Origin: Monocercomonoides exilis PA203
Taxonomy: Eukaryota > Protista > Preaxostyla
Direction: 5' to 3'
DNA: 64,000 nt
Assembly: GCA_001643675.2 (NCBI GenBank)
Contig: LSRY02000013.1
Coordinates: 806,001-870,000, forward strand
The position numbers and the translations under genes are program-made. Positions 38,140 to 52,300 of the stretch are shown here, piece after piece (the first letter of the stretch is position 1; every line of letters starts with the position of its first letter). Below the pieces are notes generated by a model. It ran no database searches. It was not told the origin of the DNA and was given only the letters and a program-made list of their open reading frames with translations.

Positions 38140-40230
38140 AAGCGTGGATATGCTCTTAGGCAGCACAAAAACGGATGAATGTGTTATGTTGCAGGATATA
38201 ATAGAATTTAAGCATTGAACAAAGATTGCAATTTGTGCAGAGAGCGTATCATTTGAAAGATGATTTTTGTTTTCCTATCAATTTGTGCGTGCCGGACTGT
38301 TGTTGTTCTGTGAAGAGCAACCGTTGCGAGAAGCCACTGAGCAAAAGCTATTTTCATTGCAGATGATAATGTTCTTTTATTTTTTTCCTCTCATTTTTGT
38401 GGAGATTCTTTTCGATGACTCAAAAAACGAGGGAATGGCTGGCGCCAGCACAGAAAGACATTGCTCGAAATAAAGCAATAAAGCATATCTCAAGGCGTTC
38501 AATCTTTTGGAATTGCCCAATATCGAGCGTGAAATGCCTTTTCTTTTCGATGCCTTATTTATTTTTTTCCAAAAATGGAAAAAGAGTCTCTCCTTTGCTT
38601 CTGCTTGAGGATCCGATAATAAAAATATTGAATGCATTGCAGGTGCTAGGGAAAAAAGAGGTTTGGAATTTTTATGAATGGAAAGGATGCTTTTGTTGAA
38701 AAGGCCAGCATTTTTCTTTTTTAAGAGTTTTTTATTGAGAAATTCCATAAGAGCCATATTGGCAGAAAAATCGTTTGGGAAATCGCCAACTGAAGAGGCT
38801 TCAGCTCAGTTTGCTTTTATTGGCACATTTTATTTTTATTTTATTTTATTTTTTCCCCTTCAAAATGCGCTGGCGCCATGTCACATTTTGTGGAAAGCGA
38901 AAATGTGAGGGATGTTTGCCTGCGAAAAGCAAAGAAAATGGCTGAATGAACAAGAACTGAAATTGACATTGACCATCTGATGCGCTTGCCGACAAATAAT
39001 TTTGCGTGCAGGGTATTTGTATCGTTGCTGCTGGTTAAAAACAGATTCTGGAAGGAAAAGGATATGGGGAAAAGGAAAAGCAGCGCTTTTATTGGCGGGC
39101 ATGCATCCAAATGGCAGGTGCGTGTGTTGATTTGAGGGAACAGAGCTGTGGCGATAACAGATTCTTCAAATTGGAAGCAAGGGATATTGCGAATGGAAGC
39201 AGAGAAGCGATGTTCCGATCAAGTTGGAGCGTTCAATAAATGGCCAGCAAATGTTCCATTGGTTCACAATTACATTTTTTTTTAATTTCATTTTCCCCCC
39301 GAAGCATCGCAAGTTAATTGAAAGCTGAAGCTTGAGTGCCTAATTTTTGTTTGTGTCATTGGCAGCGAAAGCGCGTTTCTATTTGCAAAGGGAAGAGATA
39401 TTTATGCATCGGCTGAAAGTGCCAAGCTGGTGATCAACACCGAAACGCAAAATGGATGACAAAGCCAGCGAGGATATTCTGTGAATCTGCGCCTTGCAAA
39501 TGGAGGTGGGAATTTTTCATTGGGGAATGCAGTTATTTTGGGATGGGATGGGAATGCAAGATGCTGGGTGCAATCGCTGCAAGAATGGGCAAGATGACTC
39601 AGCTTGTTGCCTTTTGTCTCGAATCGTCTGAAAGAAGGAGGCAATGAGCTTTCAATAAAAAAAAATAAATTCCAGAGTGTTTCTCCATTCATTTTGATGG
39701 AACTAATTTGAAGCCTCCCATTTCTTTGAGTGCCATTTCCTTTTACATCGTTTGCTGTTATTTTTATCTCAACAATTTTTATATTGTTATATTTCATGTT
39801 TTGAATGAATAAAAAAAAGTCATCTTGGCATGACTCTAGAAATTTGGCCAAGGCTGAGAATGGTGCTTTCTGGGTTTTTGCGCAGGTGCCAACGTTATCA
39901 CATTTTTTTTTTGATTTTGATTTCTTGGCTGAGTCAAAGCAAGGATGCTGGGATTTATTTTTTGGGGAGAATTCATTTCAGAAAAGAACGCAATTCACAG
40001 AGGAAGATCAAAGGATTTCAGAAATCATTTGCCTCGATGTCTTTCCATTTTGAAGTGGGTTTACAAGCAATAAAAGGGAAGTGGTTGTGAAAAATCACTT
40101 TCGAGCGAAGTGCAGGAACAACACAGAAAAACACAAACATCAGACTCTGGCTGGCAAATGCCAAGCTCTGTTTGGAGGCAACAGAAACAAAAGAAAACAA
40201 ATCAAAAGAAAGTCTTCAGAAGCCATGGGC
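38140..40230 (+). pseudogene. Probable heavily decayed multi-exon gene of unknown identity
   Basis: GC-richer coding-like blocks alternate with short T-rich intron-like spacers. Many stops and no long ORF; no family recognised. Confidence 0.3.
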
Positions 40231-40354
40231 AGCACTCATTTCTATCTTTCTTGTAATTATTCACCAAAAGCAAAAATGAAAAAAGGAGATAACGAGATGA
40301 ATACGAGGGGTGCGAACGATAGCGATGCTTGTAATGGGATGAGAGAAGCAAACG

Positions 40355-43300
40355 CTAATAGCTGCAGCAGCTGTTTCTGCTGATGGCAGATTGCTGGTTT
40401 GTGAAGAGTGCGTCAGTCATTGTGGGGAGCTTGGCCGACTCGGGGAACTTCTGAAAGAACTCTCTCGAAATGGAGACGAGAGAAGGCCTGTTGGAAGGCT
40501 GAAAGGAGAGGCATTCGCTGACGACCAAAGAGAATGTGCTTGCAGCATTTCCGCACATGCTCAAAGCCTCTCCTTTTGCAATCTTGTCTCCAGCAATCAC
40601 AGCCTCGTACTCCCCGAACGGGATGTGGAGTGTCAGGCACTCCCACAGCATCATCCCGATCGAGAATGCCACCGACTCCTTTGTTGCCCCCATGTTCTTG
40701 TTGATCAGCAGCTCTGGCGCCTTCCACCTCAAACACTCTTTTTTGAAGCTATCTTCATCGTCAAATGCCGATGAAGGAAGGGAGTCACTTTCATCATCAT
40801 CATCATCACTTGCAGACGTGATAACAGTTGATGATGAGATCGATGATGAATCAGAGTCATCTGACAATAAGTCAGAATGCATGACAATGCAGATGACCAT
40901 ATGTTCTGAGAATAATACAATGTGAGGGCTCAGATTGGAAAGTGACTGAAGCTTGTTTTCCATCTCATCAAATGAGTGGAGGGCGAGATTAGCTACCCAG
41001 AACAGGATTTGGGCAGCTGTCATCTCCCTCTCCTCCAGTGTGCCAATCGCCATCTCTTTCTTCTCATTCTTCCCGTGAAGCAGCATGAAAAGTGAATCTC
41101 TCAAATCCACAATCAGTTTCTCATGAGGCGAAGAACAGGCCATTGCATCCACCAGATTCGACATGGATGAAGTGGTTGGGCACAGATCTTCCCTTCGAAC
41201 AAAAGTGGACTCTGTGTCTGAAGTGTCTGTGGATGAAGTGGATGAAATGGATGGAGAAGGAGTTCTTTTTCGTGTCTCCTCCTCATCAACTTTTTCCAGT
41301 ATCCATTCAGGGATCTTATCTGAATCCTTTCCCAAGATATATTCAGTCGATCCACTCTCAGCCAGCAAATGCTCAGATGATTCTGAATGCTGAAGGCTTT
41401 TCGCATATTCCCTCTTCTTTATCCTTTCATCGTTCTTCTTCTCAGCCTCCCTCTCTGCTCTCTTCCACTGTGCCTCAGGTGACATCTCCATCGTCACCAT
41501 CTCAAAAGCCTTCGGATCCTTTCTGATGTTAGCATTCACAATCTCTCTCAGATCTTCTGCTTCATTCTTTGCCTTTCTCCATCTGACTGCAAGAATAACA
41601 GAAACAATCAGAACAATCAATAGAACAATAGCCATAATGATCACAATCAATGCCCATGATGATTTCCCTTCTTTTTCTCCCTCAGCAATCCTTTCATCTC
41701 CGCTTGTCTGAGACTCGCTCTTGTTCTTCAGAATAAGAGAGTCAGTTGATGAAAAGGTCTTGCCTTTTCCAAACAAAATACAGACAAAAACCTCTTCTTC
41801 TCTTGCAGCAGAGCTTATAAGAGACATGCTAATCTTTCCTTTCGCTTCATTTTCGGAATCAAAGCAATCTTCAGAAAACGGAAAAGTCTCTATTGAGCTG
41901 ACATCATCTATCTTTGACACAATTTGGAAACTCAGATTGCATGGGATGAGGAGCCTTCCTTTGAAAGTCAGTTCCGCAGCATCTCCATTTTCTTTCACTT
42001 CCACAGCATCCAGTGATGGGATAAAGAATTCAGATAGCCTTTCAGTTGGAATCCCCGTGAGCTCGCATCCTTCATTCAAAATCCACAGTGATGTGTTTGG
42101 CAATAGTCCATCTCCTCCCTTCAAGCTGTCGATCTCAAGCTTTCCATTGTGTTCGCAGAGGATGTTTCTTCTGATTGAAGGGAATCTGGCGATTGATGGA
42201 TCATTGCCCACAAACTCTCCCTTTTCAATCTCAACTTTCCCTCCAGATATCCCCACCCCTCCTTCACTCGAGTTCGCAACCGTTGTCTCTCTCATCGTTG
42301 CATTGCTGTTTTCTATGCTAATCAATGATCCATTCCACACGCAAATTTCTTGAGCATCGTTTGCTGGTAAATTTTCATTTTTCAGCTTCCCTTCAAAATG
42401 GCATGAATCTACGGTAGCTTGATGAATGAATCTTAAATCAAATATGCTCCCAAACTTTGAAATCGAGAAACATTCAGAAATGGAACAATTTATTGAATCA
42501 AATACATTATAATTTTTCCCATCCAAAATCAAAATGCTTGCACCCACTGTTGATTTGCTTATGTTCTGAAATGAACACAAAGTGAGTTTCAGCGTTTTCT
42601 CGTATTTGGAATTCTCGAAGTTTAGACCCGATGTCCGAGCTAAACTGATTAATGATCCATGTTCAAGTGTGACGCATTCAACTGTAATTTCCTTTAGTAC
42701 GATATTTGAAGATATCGCATCAGACTGGATAAACGAAAATGAAAGTGAGATATAACTTATTGAAACATCAACAATATTAATTGATGATTCTCCTTCAATG
42801 AAGAAAAAATCTGATCCAACTTGAACATTTTTTGCTGAAAAGTTTTCAATATTTAGTTCTCCTCCATGAACAGAAAATATATGAAATGGAACATTTCCTT
42901 TCTCTTTCTCTTCTTCACCTTCAACCTGGACTTTTGATATAAGAACCACCCCGGAATTTATATCCATAAATGTTTTATGCGAGGATTCAAAAAGGCGAGA
43001 AAATTTGAAAGTTAGATAGCTAAGCTCAACATTTGCGTTTGCATTTATTACACATTCACAAGTGCACTGCATCTGCAATCCAATTCGAACAATTGCTTGC
43101 TCTTTCAACTTTGAACGGATCGTTATTTCATCAAGTATTATCTCTCTTTCAATCTCGCTTTCTTCTTCAATCAAAATCTTGCTCTCAAAGATCCTCGTCA
43201 CATGATCAAATCCATATGCAATCGTTGAACAAGGAAGCATTCTTGTTCCACATTTCCTTGAATTATCATTTTCAATATCAATAGCAGATGATACAAAAAT

Positions 43301-46300
43301 TGTGTCTGATTGATATATCATGATAAAATCAAGAAGATTCACAGGCACATCAGAATAATTCGAATGGTCAATGCCGTACATTGCATTTATCTGATTGTAC
43401 ACTTCGCTGCTGAACACCTGCCTGAACTGTGTCTCGTTAATTTGCGATGAGATGTTCTGGCATTCAATAAATAGATCTCTTCCTGAATATGCTGTATTCG
43501 ATTCAAAGCCGATCGAAGCAAACATCATCGGCAGATCGCCTTCAAACGTCGTACCAATGAAAATCCCACCACCTCTTCCTTTTGAAGTCGAGCATCCACA
43601 TAGGAGAATAGCTGTACACCACACTTTAACACTTCCTCCTTCATCCAGATGCATCATCATCATTCCTCCTTTTTCGGATAGAGACGAGGAGCATATCTGA
43701 ACGCTGCTTTTGTTAACAACAACATCCAGCAAATGAGATGAATTGCAATTCAATACTCCTGGCCCATTCCCATTCTTCACAATTGCTTCAAATGATGAAT
43801 TATCAATCTTAAACATTGAAATGCTTTCAGGCTCCTCATCCTCCATCTTTGATTCTTTTGCTCTCTGAACATCCAATACTGATCCTTTCCACATATTCAC
43901 GGATGACACAATTATATTGTTGACTTCGCATTTTCTTGCCCCGCAAACAACAAATATGCTTCTGTCTGCATTCACATTCACAACATCCACTTCTTCGACA
44001 ATCAGTTCTCCTCCATCGCACAATAAAAACGAAAATAATCCTGGTGTAATAGATGTATGAAGAGATCTCATTGAACACTTCCGTAACATAATTTCTCCAT
44101 TTTCATTCAAAATCAATGCTTCTCTATCGTTTTTGAATGTTTCACTTGCAACAAACTCAATTCCAACAACTCTCAGACTCTTTTTGTTCAAAATAGCAAT
44201 GTCTCCTCCTTTGCTTTCTTCAAATGAAATCGTTCCCATTCTTTTTTCTTCACTCATCACGACTAACGATCCAATCTCAAATCCAGACAGATTACAAGTT
44301 TCATAAATTCCAATTTCATCCTTCACAACAACTTTTTTCACTTCTCCTTCATCGATATGATTTAGTCCCATCATTAACGATCCACATGGCTCGCTTTCAC
44401 TTCCACACCGCAATGCATCATATCCATCTTTCGATACATGCACCTCACTTCCTCTGTACTCCACAATAAACATTAGCAAATCCACATAATCAAATGAATT
44501 GTCACTTCCAGCAAACAGATTTCCATCTGTTTCACTCGAAAGTCCGTCTATTTTAAAGCTTTCTGTTGTGATGCTCTCATTCAAATTAATATCCCAAATA
44601 AAAATGTTTACACCTAACGATGCACCATTCTCTTCAAATTCAACTTTTTCAAATGCAAATTTGTTTGCACTCAATGCTTCCATGCTATTAACAAGAGCGC
44701 CACCTCCTTTTCCACTATCTGTGTTGCACTTGCATCTCTTTATCATTGTCTCCTTTAAAAGCACACTTCCTTGCCCTTTAATTTCCGCGTATATCGCACC
44801 TCCATTTTCTGATCTCATCGAATTAATATCTTTCATTTCGCACCCACATAACATCACATCCCCATATGCAGCTCCTCTCAGTACGATACCTTCCTTTGCT
44901 AAGTCTGATTCCAATTTCGAAAAAATACTTCTATTCAATACAATACCAGACATTTCATTTTTTGATGCTTCCTTTGCAGTTGTTGAAGGAGACAAAGCAA
45001 ACACAGAACAGTCTCCAAGTGCAACATCCTCAATCATAATTCTTTCAATTGACATCGTCGCAGCTGCCGACAATTCAAATAACGAAACCGACGAAGAATA
45101 ATTCTGCACTTTGCACTCATTCATTATCACACTTCCAGATCCTACAACAACAATACTAAACTCGATAGCTATATCACTGATAATTTTGAATATGCAATGG
45201 TCAAGAAGAATGCCCTCAGAATACGCATTTGAAAAAATGAGACACGTTACAGCTCCACTAGATGGTTGAAGGAGCAAAAAGTCTATCCAAAGAATATCTA
45301 AAGAATCACCATTCATCAACACACCTTTAACTTTGTCACGAATATTGTTTGTGGAAATTTCTAGAGTTGCATATAACGATTGCTCCATTGTGAAAGAAAA
45401 AATTGAAAATCTGGAAACGTCATAACAATCGCGAACATATGTTGATCCATCAACAACCATTTCGTGTACGTCCATGCTCTTTTCAGTGTTGCTGTATCCT
45501 CTCCAAAACGTCTGACAAGGATATTCAACCATTCCACACCCGCTCATATCATATCCTTTTTCAGAAACAAAAACACGCGAAGAGTGGTACTGCTCCAGGA
45601 AATGAACCAAATTAACTGGTTTTTCGATGAAATATTCAGCATCTTCTCCTTTCAAATCAATGCTCACTTCTTCGATGGATGACAGATTCACAAAACAAGT
45701 GGACCTGATAGTTTCATTCAGAGAAATGCTGAAAACAAATACGTCTCTTCCATAAGTTGCTGAGTTGTTTCCAAATGATACGTCTTTTAGCAAATAATTA
45801 GATTGGAAACTTTCACCAAACGAAAGATATATTCCTCCTCCTTTTTCATTCACAGCAACTGTTTTGCAATTCTTTAGGCTGCAGTTCTCAAATTTCATCG
45901 TTTCACTTCCGCTCATCTCGTTTTTTATCCCTCCTCCATTTCCTTTCTCAGCTATGCAACCATCAAAGCAGCTTCCGTTCTTCACAGAAAGATCCTGAAC
46001 ATTCCTTGTCTGAAATAAAGTCAACTCAGATGAGCAATTAACAACACAAACACCATTCACTTCAACAATCTTGCAATCTTCGCAAGTTATAAGTGTGCAA
46101 CCAGCAGAATGAACATTCATTATTTCTGTATTCTCAATTACAAATGTGCAATTGTTTCCCGAGAAAACTCCCCCAATCCCCTTAAATGGGCCACATTCAA
46201 TAGCAATACCACTCATCATAATAAGTCCGCCACTTCCTCTAACAATCCATATATCTTCTATCATTTCGGTGCCCTCACCAGTTCCAAACGAACAGTTCAC

Positions 46301-49300
46301 AATCGAACATCCACCAGAGGAAACTATCAAAACTTCTGTGAATGACGAAATGCAAGGAAGAAGAATTTGCAGTCTATTCAGAGTTAATCCAGCATTTGCT
46401 CCTCCATTTTTCAACTCTAAATGCCCTCCTACCTCAATAATCATTAAAGAATTTTCGTTTTTTCCCCCTCTGATTGTCAGAGATTTTTCGTTTCGTTGCA
46501 CAATTCCACCGATTACTCCTCTCTCAATAATTTGAATTATCGACTGATTATTGTTCATCCTTCCAACCCCAAATTTCACATCAAAGCACGGTCTCACCTC
46601 GATTCCACAGTCATTAGAGTTTTCTCCATCATTTCCTTTAACAAATACAATCGCATCATCTGCGGGAAACAGATAAGGCAGCATCGACATGCTTCTCCCT
46701 GTTGAAGTTTCATAAACCCACAGTTGCTTTTTCTCAAGATCATCCTCATCTGCAGATCCTGCCCACCACATTGCATTTACTGATACTCGTGCAATTGGGC
46801 AAACAACAAACACATCTTTTCCCTCAAACGCTTCGTTTCTGCCAAACTCGATATTTTTCATTGAATAAGTCAACTCTGTTGAATCCAGTGTTAAATGAAT
46901 TCCTCCTCCATGTCCGCTTTCTGTGTCCACTTTACTCTCCTTCACTTCGTTCGAATCACACTCAAAAACGCCTCCTTTCTTCACCTCAACAAATACACTT
47001 CCTCCTTTTCCACTTTCATCCAAACATGTAATGTTCCAAAAGAAGCACTCTTTCACAATTGCTTTCTTTTCAGAACCAACAATACCAACAATAGCCCCTC
47101 CATCCCCATCATTCCTTACCAACTCTTCAAATGTGTTGTTCTTCAGTTGTATTGTGGTAAGTTCAGCGAAAGCAATGGCTGGATGGCTAGAGAATGCTGA
47201 CGAATTAAACGTCGAGTTTTCACATCTGACAGAAGCAACTTCATTTACGCATACCAATCCAATGCCTCCTTCACTTTTCACGTTTTTGAACACAACAGAA
47301 TCAATCACTCCATGAGCTTCCATCCCTTCTATAATTACAGCTTCTGTTGATAAAAACTCAATATCCTTCATCAACACACTCTCAATCACCATTGCTCCTG
47401 AGCAACACTTCGCAAACTGATATTCCAACGAACCAGATTCAGCTTCGATGCTGCACTTAGTCACATTTAAAGTTCCTCCTAAACAAATAAACAGGCTGTT
47501 GTGTACGCCAGATATTCTTGGTGGAGCACAAAACAGAATGTGAGAAAGCGAAGCCACTGACTCTTTCACAACGAATATACCTTCTTCACCCCCTCCGATG
47601 CTCTCATTAATTTTCACCAATTCCATTTCACTACTTGTATCGATATTCATTTCCTGTGTATCAATTATCACTTCGCATATGATCTTGAATCCAGAAAGTA
47701 TTCGGATATTCGCATTATCCCCTTCAAAGCGAGTTCTGCCAGCATATCCAATTGTTAAACATGGATACCATTCAAATCCACACAACGCATAATCAACCCC
47801 ACCTATTCCAACATATCCAGGCTCGCTCCACTCATTCACAAATAATGAAAGTGGCACAATCACGTTATCTTTCCAATCCAGTCCCACAAATTCGTTGCTC
47901 AACGTATTTGTTCCAAAAGCTCCTATCTTTAACGAAGATTTTAAAAAGCTCTTATTCAGCTCATGTCCTTCACCAAACAAATTTATTCCAATCCTTGCCT
48001 CGTTGTTCTCAAACGAAAGGCTTTCGAGAACAAAGTTTTTTGATCCCTTCCCACAACACTCGATCGAAACTCCTCCTCCATATCCTTCTCCATTTCTGTC
48101 TTTCATGCTTTTACATCTTCTAAATAATGTACTTACTCCTTCATTCCCAATTCGAATCATTCCATCTTCCTTAATCTTCATTTTCATACCTCCACCGCTT
48201 CCGGCTTCTGCAGTGCAATCTGAAACAACAACACCTCTCCACTCAAAACTCGTCCCTTCTCCCACAATTGCTGATGCAACAGTTCCATTTCCTTCCTTTC
48301 TTTTCCAACTGCTGAAGTTCGAGTTTGATACTGATATGCTCCTTCCTTCGCTCATCCATATGGCTGTACAACTTGTCAACTCTGAATTTCCCGTTATCAC
48401 ACAGCCATGAATCGAAAGTGCTCCTTTTTCTGAAACTTCAATCAGTCCTGTTGAAATTGTTGAGCTGCAGCCTGAAATGTTACTTGAAGATAAAGTAATT
48501 AAACCTTCGCCTGATGCTTTACAGAACTGACAATCCAAAAAACATATTCCATGCACAATTACTGAAGAAAGAATCGCTGATCCCTTAATAACTTCCAACA
48601 TCTTATAGTCCACAGATGTACCACTTTTCAACTCGATTTTTGTCGAGATAATTGATAAAACTCCTTCCACATTGCGAAACAACCCTTTCCGTCCATTCAA
48701 TTGTGTTGGTACTTTTATTTTCACATTTTCTACAACTGTGGACGCACCATTTTGCACTAACACTTCTAGTATTTTTTCTCCTTCCGCAGTAATGTTTATT
48801 TCATTTTCCAACGCTTTTCCTTTTATCTCCACTTTCCCCTCCATCACAATGTGTTCGTGGCTCATTTCCACGCTGCCTTCAATTTCACTGCAAATACCAA
48901 GGATGCCTTTCCTCTTTTCAAGAGCAAAATCCAATGTTAAGCATGGATACCCTTCATAACCACATTTATCAAAATCATTTCCGTTTTCGCCTTTGACAAC
49001 AATTGATACAGGTTCTGAGCGAAGATATAGCACTAATGGAATTGCATACTGCTTCTCATTCTCAAATCCCATTAGTGTGGACATATCTGTTATGTTTGTG
49101 CTGAATCCAATGCTCCTGTTATTGATAACTTCTGTAAAGCTTCTAGCTTCCACAAACATATCTCTTCCATATTTAGATGCATTGCACATCACGAACCTGA
49201 CCATTGTAAGCAAGAAATCCCTTCCGCCTTTCACCTTCAAGATCATCCCTCCACCAAGTCCTCCACTCAAATCCTCCCCATTTGCATAACATTTCTCAAA

Positions 49301-52300
49301 AGTCACACTCGTCTCGTTTCCTATTCGGATAATTCCTTCATCTTCAATCACAACTCTTATGCCTCCGCCATTTCCCATTTTGCACTTCCCATTTAGTAGT
49401 CCTCCATCAATGCTCATTCTTTGATTCGTCCCAATAATTCCATTCACAAGGCTCCCATCACCATGTTCCAATACAACAGAAGAAAAGTTGCACATTGAAA
49501 CGTTCACATTTTTTGCACTCTCGCTCTTTAAGAAAGAACATTCATTCATATGAACGTCTGAGACACTCAAATCGCTCATATCAATTTCGCTCGTCAATCC
49601 GCAAGCATATACAAAAGGCATGGAAATCAATGAAAGTGATGATATAGATAGCTTCTTCATTGAAGCCTTTCCGGCTCTCATAACGAGAAAATGGTATTCT
49701 ATCGTATCAACGGTTTCATCCTCGCACACATCGCACTCATTCATAGAGATTCTCGCTCTCTCTTCAAGCAATGCTACAACACTCATTTCGGAATACAAAA
49801 GCGACGATTGAAGCATGAATCTCAGAAGCTCAATCGTTACATTGCTCTTAACAATAAGCACACCATTTGTAGATCCTGTGTTTCCAACCGCCATCACAGA
49901 GGATTTTTCATCAACACCTCCAAGAACATATCCTCGTTCATCTCCAAATATCATGTTTTCCATAATTCGATATTGCGGATGAAATATTATTTCTCGATTC
50001 GTTTCTTCCAATTGCAAAATCGAATATTCCAGTGTTTTGCACGGGTAATTGAAAAAACCACATGCTGATACATCATACCCCTCATTTCCAACTGCCACTT
50101 TTTCTTCTCGCCTCAGAACATAGTATTCCAAAGGAATGAATACATCACTCCATTTTTCATCAATTCCAATAACATCTTCCAGACCTTCTGAAAAACGACA
50201 CATAAACTCCATTGAGCTGTTTGTAATGCTGGTCTTCAGATCGGTTGACTCAACGAACACATCATTTCCCCATTTAGCCTCATTTCTCTCAAATCCCACA
50301 TTTTTAAAGCAATAATCAAACGAAGCATTACACAGCCTTAGATATATTCCTCCTCCTCTTCCTCTACTCCCTTCTCTCGAAGATGCTCGACAACCTGAAA
50401 ACTGTGTTGAATTTGCAATAGACGAACAATTCCCAACGGACAATCTTCCGCGCCCTCCAGTACTAAAGTGCACACATCCACCGTTTCCATTTTCGCATGC
50501 ACACTCGGAAAATGTGCAGTTGTCAAGATCAAACTTCTCGTCATTGTCAATAGAAATCCTTAATACACTTCCATCTCCTTCCACTTTTCTTATCTTTCTG
50601 ATTATCACTTGGCTCATTTCCAGATGTGCCAAAGAGCCAACGGTTAACAAACTGGCTTGTTGAGCTAGCACAAAGTTCTCGATTATTGATGAAATAATAG
50701 AGGCTTTTCCTTTTTCAATCTTAACAATTGGTGATTCAATAGTATGTACACTCAATTCATTCGCACAACCAACAATACAGTTATTCACTGTTAGCTCGCC
50801 ACTTCCTTTTAGCTCAAATAATGAAATAGAATTTGAATTATCAGCTATTGTTGAAGAAATATTCATGAACTCAATTTGAAGAGATCCTGTGGTAATTAAA
50901 AATAAGGATCCATCTTTATGTGTGGTGATAAGTGTTCTTTTTAACTTTTGGCTGTTTTCATTCGGACAAATGCGAATTGTTTTTTCTCCAATCTCCATTT
51001 TCCCTTCACGCACTTCTTCACTCACAATCTCCAGAACCCAACTATGTTGCTCAATTGAATGAATAATTGCTCCATTAATCGTTTTACATGTTTCGTTTAT
51101 TCTCAATCCGCAAGTCCATTTGGTGTCATTTCCTATTGAAGAATCAATAAATCGTTTCTCAAACAATGGAATCAAATCAAGATTAAATCCTAAAACGCTG
51201 TGAAAAGCTCTGTTTTGAAGGCATGTTGAAAAAGTGCATGAGAATTTTTCCTTTAGAAATTTGCAATTTGAATCAACAATGAATAAATCATTTCCCTTTG
51301 AAGATGTGGCACAACTATTGTTGTGAAAAAAACAAAAATTGATATTTGAATCATTGTAATTCATATTTGGTAATATTGCTAAATATAATGCTCCTCCAGC
51401 TTCTGAACTTGTTGAGTTTTCAATGACACATTCAGTGACGAAAAAATCTGATTTTGTTTGCTCGAAAGCAATTGTTCCACCACAATTAACTTTGACTTCA
51501 TTATTTGTAAAAGAACAATTGAATACAGAATCTGCCGTAGAAGAGAAAACAACATAGTCCCTTGCACGAAAAAAAAGTGCTCCTCCATAATTCATTTGCT
51601 TCGATCCAAAAAATGTTGAATGTTGGATCACTGCACCATCAATAATTTCAAGAAAATGAAGACATCCCCCATAACCTGTTGAAGATGAATCAAAACAAGA
51701 ACAATTTGAAAAATCTGACATATTGATGCAAACAGAATGAAGACTTTCTCCATGAATAGCACCACCACTAAAAACAGATTTGCAATTCCTGAAGCTGCAA
51801 CAATTAACAATTAAATCTGTATCTTTTACAATGGCGTATATTCCGCCTCCATAACTGGAGGAGCAATTCACAAATACATCATTTTCAAAATGTGAAGACT
51901 CTTGAATTGAAATATGACCTTCTTCCCCAGAATATATTGCATTTAAATTCGAATATTTTTGCATCCTGCAAAAAGTGTTATTGAATGAATTCAAAAATGA
52001 ATTGGGCACATTTATTGAATGAACAATTCCTCCATCAAACACATCATTTACCGTATCAAAAATGCTACAATGTATTTTAACGAAAAAATTGTATCGAGAA
52101 ATATTCCTAAAACCTTCTTCAAAGTCTGCTGTTAAAGAAGAAATATTTGTAAAAGATGAGGTTGTAATGCCCACAGAATTCAATTCTGATGAAAATATAA
52201 AAGGTATTTGAAGAAGACTAAAAGAACGAAAGCATGTGCTGATTACAGAAAATGATCCTGAATGAGTTTCCATTGTTTGAATTGTTCCCTTTGCTATCAA

